From: Candidatus Omnitrophota bacterium
GTDB lineage: Bacteria; Omnitrophota; Gorgyraeia; Gygaellales; Profunditerraquicolaceae
Length of the DNA: 42,937 nt
Assembly: GCA_043812095.1 (NCBI GenBank)
Contig: JBDRMO010000021.1
Location: forward strand, 1 to 42,937
Direction of reading: 5' to 3'
The notes under the pieces were generated by a model. It made no database searches, was not told the DNA's origin, and saw only the letters and a program-made list of their open reading frames with translations. The position numbers were made by a program, and so were the translations under genes. Below are positions 1 to 8,424 of the stretch, piece after piece; position 1 is the stretch's first letter, and every line of letters starts with the position of its first letter.

Positions 1-902
1 CTGCCCATTTCGCTTACCTTAAGATTTGCGAAAGTTGCGTAAACAATTGCAGTTTCTGCATTATACCTAAAATAAAAGGCAGGTTTCAGAGTCTCGATAT
101 AGATTCGGTGCTTAGGAAAGTTGATGGTTTTAATAAGAAAGGGATATCGGAATTAAATATCATTGGTCAGGACATTACGGGTTTTGGTATGGATTTATAT
201 AATCGGCCGCGGTTATCTTCGCTCTTAAGGGAGATACTCAATAAAGCTCCTGATATCGGATGGATCAGGCTTCTTTACTTGTATCCCAGCCGTATCAGTG
301 ACGAACTACTGGAGTTGATTAGGTTAGAAGCGAAACTTTGTAAATATATTGATTTGCCTATACAGCATATAAACCCACGCATACTCAGATTGATGAACCG
401 GGATACAAAAAAGGAAGAGATCCTTAGGTTGATTGAGAAGATCAGAAGATTGGTTCCCAACGTGGCCTTGCGTACTTCTATCATCGCAGGGTTTCCTTCG
501 GAGACAGATAAGGAGTTTAAGGAGCTGTTGAGATTTTTACAAGAGGTGAAATTTGAAAGGTTAGGAGCATTTATCTATTCTAGAGAAGAGAATACCCCTG
601 CTTATGATTTTAAAAATCAGCTTCCCGAGAAAACAAAAATAGAACGCTTTAATGCAATTATGTCCCTGCAGAGGGAAATATCAACTGAGGTCAACAAGAG
701 GATGATTGGGCAGAGTATCGATGTGCTGATTGATCAGGCAAAAAAAGGTTCATATCTGGGTCGTACTCAATATGATGCTCCGGAAGTAGACGGCTTGGTC
801 TATGTGCGCTCAAAACAGAAGTTAGAGGCCGGGGATATTGTAAAAGTAAAAATAAATGATACTTTAGAATATGACCTAGTAGGGGAGGCAATTGATAAAT
901 GA
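1..902 (+). CDS. rimO: Ribosomal protein S12 methylthiotransferase RimO, 5' end cut by window edge
   Basis: The reading frame is open from base 3. Upstream of the listed ORF it reads AHFAYLKICESCVNNCSFCIIPKIKG, a radical SAM CxxxCxxC motif. The C-terminus is TRAM-like (IDVLIDQ...GRTQYDAPEVDGLVYV...GDIVKVKI), typical of RimO. Confidence 0.85.
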   Translation, partial: AHFAYLKICESCVNNCSFCIIPKIKGRFQSLDIDSVLRKVDGFNKKGISELNIIGQDITGFGMDLYNRPRLSSLLREILNKAPDIGWIRLLYLYPSRISDELLELIRLEAKLCKYIDLPIQHINPRILRLMNRDTKKEEILRLIEKIRRLVPNVALRTSIIAGFPSETDKEFKELLRFLQEVKFERLGAFIYSREENTPAYDFKNQLPEKTKIERFNAIMSLQREISTEVNKRMIGQSIDVLIDQAKKGSYLGRTQYDAPEVDGLVYVRSKQKLEAGDIVKVKINDTLEYDLVGEAIDK

Positions 903-1477
903 ACATTGCTAATAAAATAACTGTATTAAGAATTATCCTGACGTTCGTATTTATGTTTTTTCTATTTGTTCACGGGCCCTGGGCAAAGATTACAAGTTTA
1001 GCTATTTTTGTCTTTGCTGCTTTATCTGATTTTCTTGACGGAATGATTGCCAAGAAGAAAAATATGGTTACGGATTTCGGAAGGTTGATGGATCCGATCG
1101 CAGATAAAATTTTAGTCTTGGCGGCCTTTGCCGCTTTTGTTCAGATGCAGTTAATCGATGCTTGGATGTTTGTGATCATCGTCTCCCGCGAGATATTGAT
1201 TACATCACTAAGATTATTTGCGCTTAATAAAGGGAAAGTGTTATCAGCTGCCAGAGTCGGAAAACATAAAACTTTTTCGCAGATGGCGGTTATCTTCTCT
1301 ATCCTAAGTTTTATTGTCACAAAAGAAGTAATGCTTGCCTATTTTACCTGGAATCCCTCCTGGGAGAAAATATTCCGTCAAGGTATATACATACTGATGT
1401 TGTTTACTGTGGGGCTTACCCTCTATTCAGGCATAGCTTATCTTTGGGAGAACCGTAAGATAATTGCCAGATTCTAG
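899..1477 (+). CDS. pgsA: CDP-diacylglycerol--glycerol-3-phosphate 3-phosphatidyltransferase
   Basis: CDP-alcohol phosphatidyltransferase motif DFLDGMIAKKKNMVTDFGRLMDPIADK in a multi-TM protein. The ATG overlaps the rimO stop (ATGA). Confidence 0.88.
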   Translation: MNIANKITVLRIILTFVFMFFLFVHGPWAKITSLAIFVFAALSDFLDGMIAKKKNMVTDFGRLMDPIADKILVLAAFAAFVQMQLIDAWMFVIIVSREILITSLRLFALNKGKVLSAARVGKHKTFSQMAVIFSILSFIVTKEVMLAYFTWNPSWEKIFRQGIYILMLFTVGLTLYSGIAYLWENRKIIARF

Positions 1478-1488
1478 TTGTTTAATTA

Positions 1489-1956
1489 ATGAATCTTTAC
1501 CGTCAATTCATTAAAACAATAAGTACTTTTTTTTATCTCGGATACCTGCCTTGGGTGCCTGGTACTTTTGGGAGCCTGGGAGGAGTTTTATTATTTTATC
1601 TATTTAAAGATAGCAGGGTTGCCTATGGTTTAGTTACCGGATTGGTAATCATTTTGGGATTTTTATTCTCCGGAGAAGCGGAGAAAATATTTAAAGCCAA
1701 GGACCATAAATGTATCGTCATAGATGAAGTCAGCGGTATGCTCTTGAGTCTTTTGTTTTTACCTTACGATATCCGGCTGGTGATTGCCGCTTTCTTAATA
1801 TTTCGTATACTTGATATCTTTAAGCCGTATCCGGCGGGAAGGCTCGAGAATTTGAAAGCAGGTCTGGGTGTGATGAGCGATGATATTGTGGCAGGAATTT
1901 ATACCAATATTATTCTTCAGGTACTTGTAAGGCTAGCTTCTTGTAAGGCTTCGTAG
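1489..1956 (+). CDS. pgpA: Phosphatidylglycerophosphatase A
   Basis: PgpA-like sequence (GYLPWVPGTFGSLGG ... IDEVSGM ... FRILDIFKPYP) directly after pgsA. Confidence 0.85.
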   Translation: MNLYRQFIKTISTFFYLGYLPWVPGTFGSLGGVLLFYLFKDSRVAYGLVTGLVIILGFLFSGEAEKIFKAKDHKCIVIDEVSGMLLSLLFLPYDIRLVIAAFLIFRILDIFKPYPAGRLENLKAGLGVMSDDIVAGIYTNIILQVLVRLASCKAS

Positions 1957-2504
1957 AGAGGGCCTTTTGGCGTAAGTGTACTTTTAAAGAGTGTAACTTT
2001 TGTAACCTCCCATCCTAAGTATCTTCCCGAAAAAACATTACTCAATTTATTAAGGTCTTGGATGAGTTGTTCACGTCGGTGAGGCGTACGTACCCTACCG
2101 ATTGTAATATGGGTTGAGAAATTTCTCTTTTCTTTAGCGATACCGATTCCGGCAATCTTTTCTTCCAGATCTTCGGCTAACTTTTTAATTTCTTGATCTC
2201 CTTTATCAATTCCTACCCAGATTACTCTGGGAGATTGCACTCTGGGGAATACGCCCAGAGTTGAAAGATTGGTCCTGAAGCCGTTTCTATCCTTTGCAAC
2301 TTCCTGAATTATTTGATTTATCCGCTTTAGTTTTATTTCGTCGATCTCTCCGAGAAATTTCAGGGTTAAATGGATATTTTCCGGATTAACCCACTTCACA
2401 TCCGCTTCGCTAGCCTTTAATTGCTCCTGTATCTTTGTCAGCTCTTGCTTAATCTCTTTAGGTAGCTCTATAGCAATAAATGTTCTCATTATTGCATTCA
2501 ACAC
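1917..2504 (-). CDS. thpR: RNA 2',3'-cyclic phosphodiesterase (2H family, ThpR/LigT)
   Basis: Two H-x-T-x motifs (HLTLKF and HITIGR) at the spacing typical of 2H phosphoesterases. Length is about 195 aa. Confidence 0.85.
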   Translation of the reverse strand: MLNAIMRTFIAIELPKEIKQELTKIQEQLKASEADVKWVNPENIHLTLKFLGEIDEIKLKRINQIIQEVAKDRNGFRTNLSTLGVFPRVQSPRVIWVGIDKGDQEIKKLAEDLEEKIAGIGIAKEKRNFSTHITIGRVRTPHRREQLIQDLNKLSNVFSGRYLGWEVTKVTLFKSTLTPKGPLYEALQEASLTST

Positions 2505-2549
2505 CTAACAACTAAACTAGTATCTTTACCCTTACCTAACCACAAGTTA

Positions 2550-3023
2550 CTATAGCTGCCCTTTTAGCAGGCTTAATGCCTTGAGGGCGGATTGTTTTCT
2601 GATTGAGTTTCGCCTACCTTTAAAATGTAACCTTCTACAGGTGGTTTTAGTTTTGCTAGCTATGGCGATAAAGACGGTTCCCACTGGCTTAGCAGGGGTA
2701 CCGCCGGTTGGTCCGGCAATACCGGTGATTCCGATTCCAAAGTCTGTTTTAGCGAGCTTGCGAATATTCTGCGCCAAATTAACCGCTACCGGCTCAGAGA
2801 CTGCGCCATTTTTCCTAATCAATCTATCGGGAACTTTTAGGATTGATTTTTTGGCTTTATTGCTGTAACAGACCACACCCAGTATGAAATATTGAGAACT
2901 GCCGCTATGGTCGGTAAGTAGTTTTGATAATAACCCACCAGTACAGGATTCGGCTACGGAAACGCTGCGTTGGCTTTTAATCAGCTTTCTATGTAGTTTT
3001 AGCATAACAATTATTATAAGCAC
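2550..3023 (-). CDS. pncC: CinA C-terminal-domain protein / nicotinamide-nucleotide amidohydrolase
   Basis: Motifs VAESCTGGLL ... GITGIAGPTGG are characteristic of the CinA/PncC deamidase domain. The start could instead be the internal Met at 3005. Confidence 0.8.
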   Translation of the reverse strand: MLIIIVMLKLHRKLIKSQRSVSVAESCTGGLLSKLLTDHSGSSQYFILGVVCYSNKAKKSILKVPDRLIRKNGAVSEPVAVNLAQNIRKLAKTDFGIGITGIAGPTGGTPAKPVGTVFIAIASKTKTTCRRLHFKGRRNSIRKQSALKALSLLKGQL

Positions 3024-3034
3024 TTTTAATTATA

Positions 3035-3062
3035 TTGACAAGATAAGATTTTATGCTATAAT
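3035..3062 (+). promoter_or_regulatory. Sigma70-type promoter of the riboflavin operon
   Basis: TTGACA (3035-3040), a 16-nt spacer, then TATAAT (3057-3062). It lies about 10 nt upstream of the FMN riboswitch P1 stem. Confidence 0.7.
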
Positions 3063-3072
3063 TATTTCAATT

Positions 3073-3267
3073 AATCTTCGGGGTAGGGTGTGATTCCCGA
3101 CCGGCGGTTAAGCCCGCGAGTCCCGATATTCCGGGGCAGATCTGGTGAAATTCCAGAGCCGATGGTTCCCTCGCGTAAAACAGATAATATCTGCTACGCG
3201 TCGGGATCCCGAGTGTCAAGCGATTGAGAAATTAGACACGAGGGAAGAGTCCAGAAGAGAGAAGATT
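3073..3267 (+). promoter_or_regulatory. FMN riboswitch (RFN element)
   Basis: Conserved RFN core strings cttcggggtagggtg.gattcccgaccggcggt.aagcccgcgag ... ggtgaaattcc.gagccgatggt ... agtccagaagagagaag. P1 pairs aatcttc (3073-3079) with gaagatt (3261-3267). It sits directly upstream of ribBA. Confidence 0.9.
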
Positions 3268-3278
3268 AAAATTATTTT

Positions 3279-3309
3279 ACCCGAAGGTTATATTCGGGTT
3301 CTTTATTTT
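3279..3309 (+). terminator. Riboswitch expression-platform intrinsic terminator
   Basis: Stem acccgaa (3279-3285) pairs with ttcgggt (3293-3299), followed by tctttatttt. It lies between the aptamer and the ribBA start at 3324. Confidence 0.7.
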
Positions 3310-3323
3310 ATAGAGGAAAAGTT

Positions 3324-4535
3324 ATGTTTAACAGCATTCCGGAAATTTTAGAAGACTTAAAAAATGGCAGGATGGTTATCGTGGTAGATGACCAGGATCG
3401 CGAAAATGAAGGCGATCTGGTGATGGCAGCTTCCTTTGCCGGGCCTGAAGATATAAATTTCATGGCTAAGTTTGCCCGCGGCCTTATATGTGTGCCTATG
3501 GAGGAAAATAGACTAAAGGATTTAGATCTGGAGCCTATGCTTAAAGATAGGGCTCAGCTTTCCAAGGAGGATCCTTTTGGTACTGCCTGGATGATCTCAG
3601 TAGATGCATCTTCGGGTATCACAACCGGAATATCCGCATACGACCGTGCCCGTACCATAGAGGTTCTAATAAGTCCAAAGATGAAGCGGGAAGATTTAAT
3701 CAGGCCGGGACATATTTTTCCTTTAAAGGCAAGGTCCGGCGGGGTACTGGTAAGGGCGGGGCATACTGAGGCAGCGATTGACTTTATGAGATTAGCCGGT
3801 TTGTATCCTGCAGGAGTAATCTGTGAGATTATGAATGATGATGGGACAATGGCGCGTCTACCTCAACTTCTAGAGTTTGCTAAGCACCATAATCTGAAGA
3901 TTTGTTCTATTGCAGACTTGATTAAATATCGTAGGAGTTCCGAGAAGTTAATCGAGAGGGTCACGGAGACAAAGCTCCCTACAGAATTCGGTACATACAA
4001 GTTGATCCTTTACCGGGATCTGATCAGCAGAAAAGTCCATTCAGCACTTGTGCTAGGTAAAATGGACCCAAGCGGAGTGCTTGTACGTGTACACTCAGAA
4101 TGTCTGACCGGAGATGTATTCGGGTCTTTACGCTGTGACTGTGGCAGGCAGTTCAATATGGCGATGCAGATTATCGGAAAAGAAAAAAAAGGCGTAATCC
4201 TATATATGAATCAGGAAGGGCGCGGCATCGGCTTAGTAGATAAGATTAGGGCCTATAACTTACAGGATCAGGGTTTAGATACGGTTGAGGCAAATGAGGC
4301 CTTAGGGCATGCAGCTGATCTTAGGGATTATGGGATCGGAGCGCAGATGCTGGTAGATTTAGGCATTAAATACATCAGGCTGCTGACAAATAATCCCCGT
4401 AAGATCGTGGGATTAGAGGGTTATGGTCTAAGTGTTATTGAGAGAGTGCCCCTAGAGATTGAACCTACCTCTTTGAATTACCAGTATCTTAAAACAAAAA
4501 AAGAAAAGTTAGGACACGATTTAAGTATTGAATAA
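3324..4535 (+). CDS. ribBA: Bifunctional 3,4-dihydroxy-2-butanone-4-phosphate synthase / GTP cyclohydrolase II
   Basis: DHBP synthase motifs ([15 protein letters not shown]) are followed by GTP cyclohydrolase II motifs ([30 protein letters not shown]). Confidence 0.95.
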   Translation: MFNSIPEILEDLKNGRMVIVVDDQDRENEGDLVMAASFAGPEDINFMAKFARGLICVPMEENRLKDLDLEPMLKDRAQLSKEDPFGTAWMISVDASSGITTGISAYDRARTIEVLISPKMKREDLIRPGHIFPLKARSGGVLVRAGHTEAAIDFMRLAGLYPAGVICEIMNDDGTMARLPQLLEFAKHHNLKICSIADLIKYRRSSEKLIERVTETKLPTEFGTYKLILYRDLISRKVHSALVLGKMDPSGVLVRVHSECLTGDVFGSLRCDCGRQFNMAMQIIGKEKKGVILYMNQEGRGIGLVDKIRAYNLQDQGLDTVEANEALGHAADLRDYGIGAQMLVDLGIKYIRLLTNNPRKIVGLEGYGLSVIERVPLEIEPTSLNYQYLKTKKEKLGHDLSIE

Positions 4536-4557
4536 AACATTGCGAAAGGAGGAACAA

Positions 4558-5025
4558 ATGGTAAAGATATTAGAAGGAAACCTGATTGCTAAAGGTAAGA
4601 AATTCGGGATCATTGCTTCGCGTTTTAACGAGTCGATTACTAAAGAGCTCATCTCCGGCTGTATTGACACTTTAGTGAGGCACGGGGCAGAGGAGAAGGA
4701 TCTGGTAGTTACCTGGGTGCCCGGAGCGTTTGAAATACCGTTAATCGCTCAAAAGATCGCGAAGTCTCGTACTCATGATGCGGTAGTGTGTCTAGGTACA
4801 GTAATTCGTGGCTCTACCCCGCATTTTGATTATATTGCTGCCGAGGTTTCCAAAGGCATAGCTAAGGTTTCACAGGACACCGGGATACCTGTAGTCTTTG
4901 GAGTAATTACTGCTGATACTATTGAGCAGGCAATTGAACGTGCAGGCTCAAAGGAAGGTAATAAAGGCCGCGACGCAGCACTTTCGGCGATCGAAATGGC
5001 AAATCTATTAACCCAGATAAAATAA
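4558..5025 (+). CDS. ribH: 6,7-dimethyl-8-ribityllumazine synthase
   Basis: Lumazine synthase sequence ([31 protein letters not shown]). I prefer the ATG at 4558, preceded by AAAGGAGG, over the ORF-track start at 4528. Confidence 0.92.
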   Translation: MVKILEGNLIAKGKKFGIIASRFNESITKELISGCIDTLVRHGAEEKDLVVTWVPGAFEIPLIAQKIAKSRTHDAVVCLGTVIRGSTPHFDYIAAEVSKGIAKVSQDTGIPVVFGVITADTIEQAIERAGSKEGNKGRDAALSAIEMANLLTQIK

Positions 5026-5037
5026 CTTAGATAAACA

Positions 5038-5454
5038 ATGCGTAAAAGAACACGTGCCAGGGAATTTGCTCTACAGATTCTTTATCAGATCGATATTACC
5101 CGCGAGCAGCTTGATCCATCTTTAGATAATTTCTGGCAGGCGCATAGCGACGATAATATCGATCAGGAGTTGAAAAGCTTTGCTGATAGCCTGGTGCATG
5201 GCGTAATAGATAACCTAGAAGCAATTGATAGTAATATTTCAAAACATGCGACTAACTGGCAGCTTAAACGAATGGCAGTCGTGGATAGAAATATACTCCG
5301 GATGAGCGGTTATGAATTGATCTTCCGAGACGATATCCCTCCCAAGGCTTCGATCAACGAAGCAGTAGAGCTTGCCAAGAAATACTCAGGCATTGACGCC
5401 GGTAAATTTGTGAATGCCATATTAGACAAGATTAAGATAGAGAAAAACAAGTGA
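5038..5454 (+). CDS. nusB: Transcription antitermination factor NusB
   Basis: NusB-like sequence (RTRAREFALQILYQ ... DRNILR ... INEAVELAK) in the conserved ribH-nusB arrangement. Confidence 0.9.
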   Translation: MRKRTRAREFALQILYQIDITREQLDPSLDNFWQAHSDDNIDQELKSFADSLVHGVIDNLEAIDSNISKHATNWQLKRMAVVDRNILRMSGYELIFRDDIPPKASINEAVELAKKYSGIDAGKFVNAILDKIKIEKNK

Positions 5455-6278
5455 AATTTGCCGATCTGCATCTACATACCACTTTTTCAGACGGTTCTTA
5501 TACGCCTGAAGCTTTAGTTTCAGAGGCAGCCAGGGTTGGCCTTTCTGCAATCGCTATCGTTGATCATGATACAGTTGAGGGCATAGCGCCTGCTTTAGAG
5601 GCAGCTAAAACAGCAGAGCTGGAGGTTCTCTCCGGCATAGAACTTACTGCAGAGTATAACAACAGCGAAGTTCATATACTCGGGTATCTTATTGATTTTA
5701 ATAATCAAGAGTTGATTAATAAATTAGATACCATAAAGGAAAACAGAGTTAAACGCATCTATAAAATAGTAGAAAAGCTAAAAAAAGATATGGATGTTAG
5801 CTTGAGGCCCGAGTCGGTATTCGCGATTTCAGGAGAGGGCACTGTGGGGAGGCTTCATGTGGCCAGGGCGATGCTTAAGGAGGGCATTATCGGTTCTCTC
5901 TCTGAGGCATTTCAGAAATATATCGGAGATAAGTGTCCTGCCTATGTGGCAGGTTTTAAATTGTCCCCTGCGCAAGCAATAGAACTAATCAAGAAAATGG
6001 AAGGTGTTCCTGTTTTAGCTCATCCTTATACGATTCGCGACGATCAGATTATCCTGAAATTCATCGAATACGGGCTAATGGGCTTAGAGGTATATTATCC
6101 TGAGCATTCGCAGGGGATGGTGAATTATTATCTTAACCTTGTAAAAAAATACAGCTTACTGGCCACCGGAGGCTCTGATTGTCATGGTACAGCTAAACCG
6201 CAGATAAAGATTGGTTCGACTAAGATTCCCTATGAGTTGGTAGAACGATTAAAGATCGCTAAAGATAAATTACGATGA
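5451..6278 (+). CDS. PHP-domain phosphoesterase (TrpH/YciV-like)
   Basis: N-terminal DLHLHTTFSDGS, plus VDHDT and a C-terminal GGSDCHG, are PHP metal-binding motifs. The GTG start overlaps the nusB stop, and its own stop overlaps the ribD start (ATGA). Confidence 0.85.
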   Translation: MKFADLHLHTTFSDGSYTPEALVSEAARVGLSAIAIVDHDTVEGIAPALEAAKTAELEVLSGIELTAEYNNSEVHILGYLIDFNNQELINKLDTIKENRVKRIYKIVEKLKKDMDVSLRPESVFAISGEGTVGRLHVARAMLKEGIIGSLSEAFQKYIGDKCPAYVAGFKLSPAQAIELIKKMEGVPVLAHPYTIRDDQIILKFIEYGLMGLEVYYPEHSQGMVNYYLNLVKKYSLLATGGSDCHGTAKPQIKIGSTKIPYELVERLKIAKDKLR

Positions 6279-7363
6279 AAAGAAACCACGAGTATTTCAT
6301 GAATCTGGCGATGCAGTTAGCGCTTAAGGCAAAAGGAGAAACTTTACCTAATCCAATGGTCGGTTCGCTGGTAGTAAAAAGAGGAAGGATCCTGGGGAGG
6401 GGGTTTCATAAAAAAGCCGGTACAGCGCACGCAGAGATCGTAGCTTTAGATCAGGCTGGAGAGAGGTCTAAGGGGGCGACTTTGTATACAACTTTGGAGC
6501 CCTGTAGCCACTTTGGTAAAACCGGACCATGCGTAGACAGAATAGTAAAGAGCGGAGTAAAAGAGGTGATCGTGGGGATGGTTGATCCTAATCCTTTAAA
6601 TAACAGAAGAGGAATAAATATACTTAAGCAAAATAAAATAAAGGTAAAAGTTGGATTATTAGAAGAGCAGCTAAAAAGAATGAATGAGGTTTTTATTAAA
6701 TACATTACTAAGAAAATGCCTTTTTTAACCGTTAAGGTTGCTGAATCATTAGACGGCAAGATTGCTACCAGATCGGGAGATTCTAAGTGGATTACTTCTG
6801 ATAAAGCGTTGAATTTCTCTCATCGTATGCGTCGGAATTATGATGCGATTATGGTCGGTGTTAATACGGTATTACGTGATAACCCCAGGTTGAATGCCTG
6901 GTTTTCTAAAAAACAACCGATAAAGGTAATTGTAGACAGTGAATTAAGTACGCCTCGAGATGCCAGCATATTTTCCGGTAATAGCCCAGTGATAATTATT
7001 ACTTTGCGTTCCGGAACCGGGCAAGAGACGGAAAATAGGGGGATTTTAGCGCAAAGAGCAAAGATTCTAGAGATCAAAGAAAAAGCAGGGCAGATTAATC
7101 TTAAGGAGATGATGAAGAAACTCGGCCGGGAGGGAATTACTAGTTGTCTGGTTGAAGGTGGAGGTACTCTCATTGGCTCTCTTTTTGACGAAGGGTTGGT
7201 CGATAAAGTTATATTTTTTGTTAGTCCGAAAATTATCGGAGGAAGGGATGCGATAGGCTCAGTAATGGGTAAAGGTATTAATCGAATAGACAAAGCGATC
7301 AAATTAAAAGATACCAGATTAAAACGCATAGGAGAGGATTTTTTATTCGAGGGTTATGTTTAA
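6275..7363 (+). CDS. ribD: Bifunctional riboflavin biosynthesis deaminase/reductase
   Basis: Cytidine-deaminase-type zinc motifs HAEIVAL and PCSHFGKTGPC, followed by a RibD_C reductase domain (VAESLDGKIA ... VEGGGTL). Confidence 0.93.
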   Translation: MKRNHEYFMNLAMQLALKAKGETLPNPMVGSLVVKRGRILGRGFHKKAGTAHAEIVALDQAGERSKGATLYTTLEPCSHFGKTGPCVDRIVKSGVKEVIVGMVDPNPLNNRRGINILKQNKIKVKVGLLEEQLKRMNEVFIKYITKKMPFLTVKVAESLDGKIATRSGDSKWITSDKALNFSHRMRRNYDAIMVGVNTVLRDNPRLNAWFSKKQPIKVIVDSELSTPRDASIFSGNSPVIIITLRSGTGQETENRGILAQRAKILEIKEKAGQINLKEMMKKLGREGITSCLVEGGGTLIGSLFDEGLVDKVIFFVSPKIIGGRDAIGSVMGKGINRIDKAIKLKDTRLKRIGEDFLFEGYV

Positions 7364-7366
7364 TGA

Positions 7367-7458
7367 AGACACAACTTACGTCCTTCGACTTCGCTCAGGA
7401 CGTAATCCTGAGTCTATCGAAGGATTACGGAATTTAAGATGACGTAAGTTGTATGTCT
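7367..7458. repeat. Long imperfect inverted repeat with nested hairpins (ribD-ribE spacer)
   Basis: Outer 11-bp perfect stem 7372-7382/7441-7451, extended by agaca/tgtct across a 2-nt bulge. Nested stems are cttcga/tcgaag (7383-7388/7417-7422) and ctcagga/tcctgag (7394-7400/7406-7412). An alternative pairing is cgtaatc/gattacg (7401-7407/7423-7429). Confidence 0.75.
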
Positions 7459-7465
7459 GAATTAA

Positions 7466-7518
7466 CCCCCACACCAATTGGTATGTAGCGAAACATATAC
7501 TCCCAATTGGTGTGGGGG
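7466..7518. repeat. Perfect 16-bp inverted repeat hairpin
   Basis: cccccacaccaattgg (7466-7481) is the exact reverse complement of ccaattggtgtggggg (7503-7518). The loop is 21 nt. Confidence 0.85.
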
Positions 7519-7560
7519 TAAGTTCACAGACGCTGATAGGCAGTTTGAATTAATAACGCT

Positions 7561-7595
7561 ATAGCTTACATCGCAGGATCTGCGATGTAAGCTAT
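7561..7595. repeat. Perfect 16-bp inverted repeat hairpin immediately upstream of ribE
   Basis: atagcttacatcgcag (7561-7576) pairs perfectly with ctgcgatgtaagctat (7580-7595). The loop is 3 nt, and the hairpin ends 10 nt before the ribE ATG. Confidence 0.85.
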
Positions 7596-7605
7596 CTGTT
7601 CACTT

Positions 7606-8175
7606 ATGTTTAGCGGAATTGTCGAAGAATTAGGTGAGATTAGAGCTGTTTCAAGGCGTAATAATATTACCCTGATCAAGATAAAGGCAAAGGAGATCCC
7701 GCGCGATTCGAAAATCGGAGATAGCGTTTCTGTAAATGGGGCCTGTCTTACGTTGGTAGAGAAGAAGGATGACCTAGTCGCTTTTGAGGCTATGCCTGAG
7801 ACGATGAGGATCACAAATTTAGGCTTTCTAAAGGTTGGAGATAAAGTTAACCTTGAACGTAGCTTAAAATTAGGAGATAGGCTATCCGGCCATTTTGTCT
7901 TGGGGCACGTTGATTGCATGGGAGCTATCCGAAGAAAGATGTATCTGTCCGGTAATCTCTGTTTTGAAATAGCCGTACCGGCGCAATTTTTAAAGTACGT
8001 ACTAATTAAAGGTTCTATAGCTGTAGATGGAATAAGCCTGACCGTTACAAAAAAGCTATCCAATAGTTTTAATATTTACATCATTCCTCATACCCTTAAA
8101 AATACAACATTGGGTTTTAAGGGGCCTTCTGATAAAGTCAATATCGAATTTGATATTCTGCTCAAAAAACCGTAG
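7606..8175 (+). CDS. ribE: Riboflavin synthase (alpha chain)
   Basis: Begins MFSGIVEE.G and has two lumazine-binding repeats (GDSVSVNGACLT and GSIAVDGISLTV). Confidence 0.92.
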   Translation: MFSGIVEELGEIRAVSRRNNITLIKIKAKEIPRDSKIGDSVSVNGACLTLVEKKDDLVAFEAMPETMRITNLGFLKVGDKVNLERSLKLGDRLSGHFVLGHVDCMGAIRRKMYLSGNLCFEIAVPAQFLKYVLIKGSIAVDGISLTVTKKLSNSFNIYIIPHTLKNTTLGFKGPSDKVNIEFDILLKKP

Positions 8176-8194
8176 CTTTAAGTAGAGCAAATCG

Positions 8195-8223
8195 TTGCTA
8201 AGCGGATAATTTTTTGTTATACT
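8195..8223 (+). promoter_or_regulatory. Candidate promoter upstream of tRNA-Pro and the peptide island
   Basis: TTGCTA (8195-8200), a 17-nt spacer, then TATACT (8218-8223). Called by motif only. Confidence 0.4.
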
Positions 8224-8250
8224 ATTAGGCTAGATTAAGGGATTTGTGAT

Positions 8251-8308
8251 GGGGCGTGGCTCATCCCATTTCGTGGGATTTCCTGCCTGACGGCAGGCAG
8301 GCGCCACG
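8251..8308 (+). other. Duplicated tRNA-Pro 5' fragment embedded in a Y-shaped structured leader
   Basis: ggggcgtggctca (8251-8263) repeats tRNA positions 8326-8338 exactly. The closing stem pairs cgtggc (8255-8260) with gccacg (8303-8308). It encloses the hairpins atccca/tgggat and cctgcctg-acgg-caggcagg (8282-8301). Confidence 0.5.
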
Positions 8309-8324
8309 GAGACAAAAAAATTAT

Positions 8325-8402
8325 CGGGGCGTGGCTCAGTTTGGCTAGAGCGCAACGTTCGGGACGTTGAGGTCGACAGTTCAAGTCTGTCCGCCCCGAC
8401 CA
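8325..8402 (+). tRNA. tRNA-Pro (anticodon CGG), CCA encoded
   Basis: Hand-folded cloverleaf. The acceptor pairs cggggcg with cgccccg. The D arm is gctc/gagc. The anticodon stem pairs caacg with cgttg around loop ttCGGga. The T arm pairs gacag with ctgtc around loop ttcaagt. Discriminator A and CCA end at 8402. Confidence 0.93.
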
Positions 8403-8424
8403 ATAATAGTTTGTGGAGGTGATT

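Noticed and set aside
1917-1956. 40-nt convergent overlap of the pgpA and thpR 3' ends
   Set aside because: Both ORFs are well supported, and such overlaps are common in compact genomes. Nothing else stands out in the overlap.
3145-3351. 68-aa ORF on the + strand upstream of ribBA
   Set aside because: It lies entirely within the FMN riboswitch aptamer, terminator and ribBA start region. The sequence is explained by conserved RNA motifs, not by coding.
7566-8063. 165-aa ORF on the - strand
   Set aside because: It is antisense to ribE, whose protein is unambiguous. Other long antisense or alternate-frame ORFs are rejected for the same reason. These include 6451-6759, 6838-7329, 12480-12842, 20834-21211, 22611-22880, 27560-27817, 28653-28937 and 38018-38911.
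8251-8320. Possible second tRNA or tRNA pseudogene upstream of tRNA-Pro
   Set aside because: Only the first 13 nt match the tRNA. There is no complementary acceptor 3' strand, no T-loop and no anticodon arm. I kept it only as a duplicated fragment with a structured leader.
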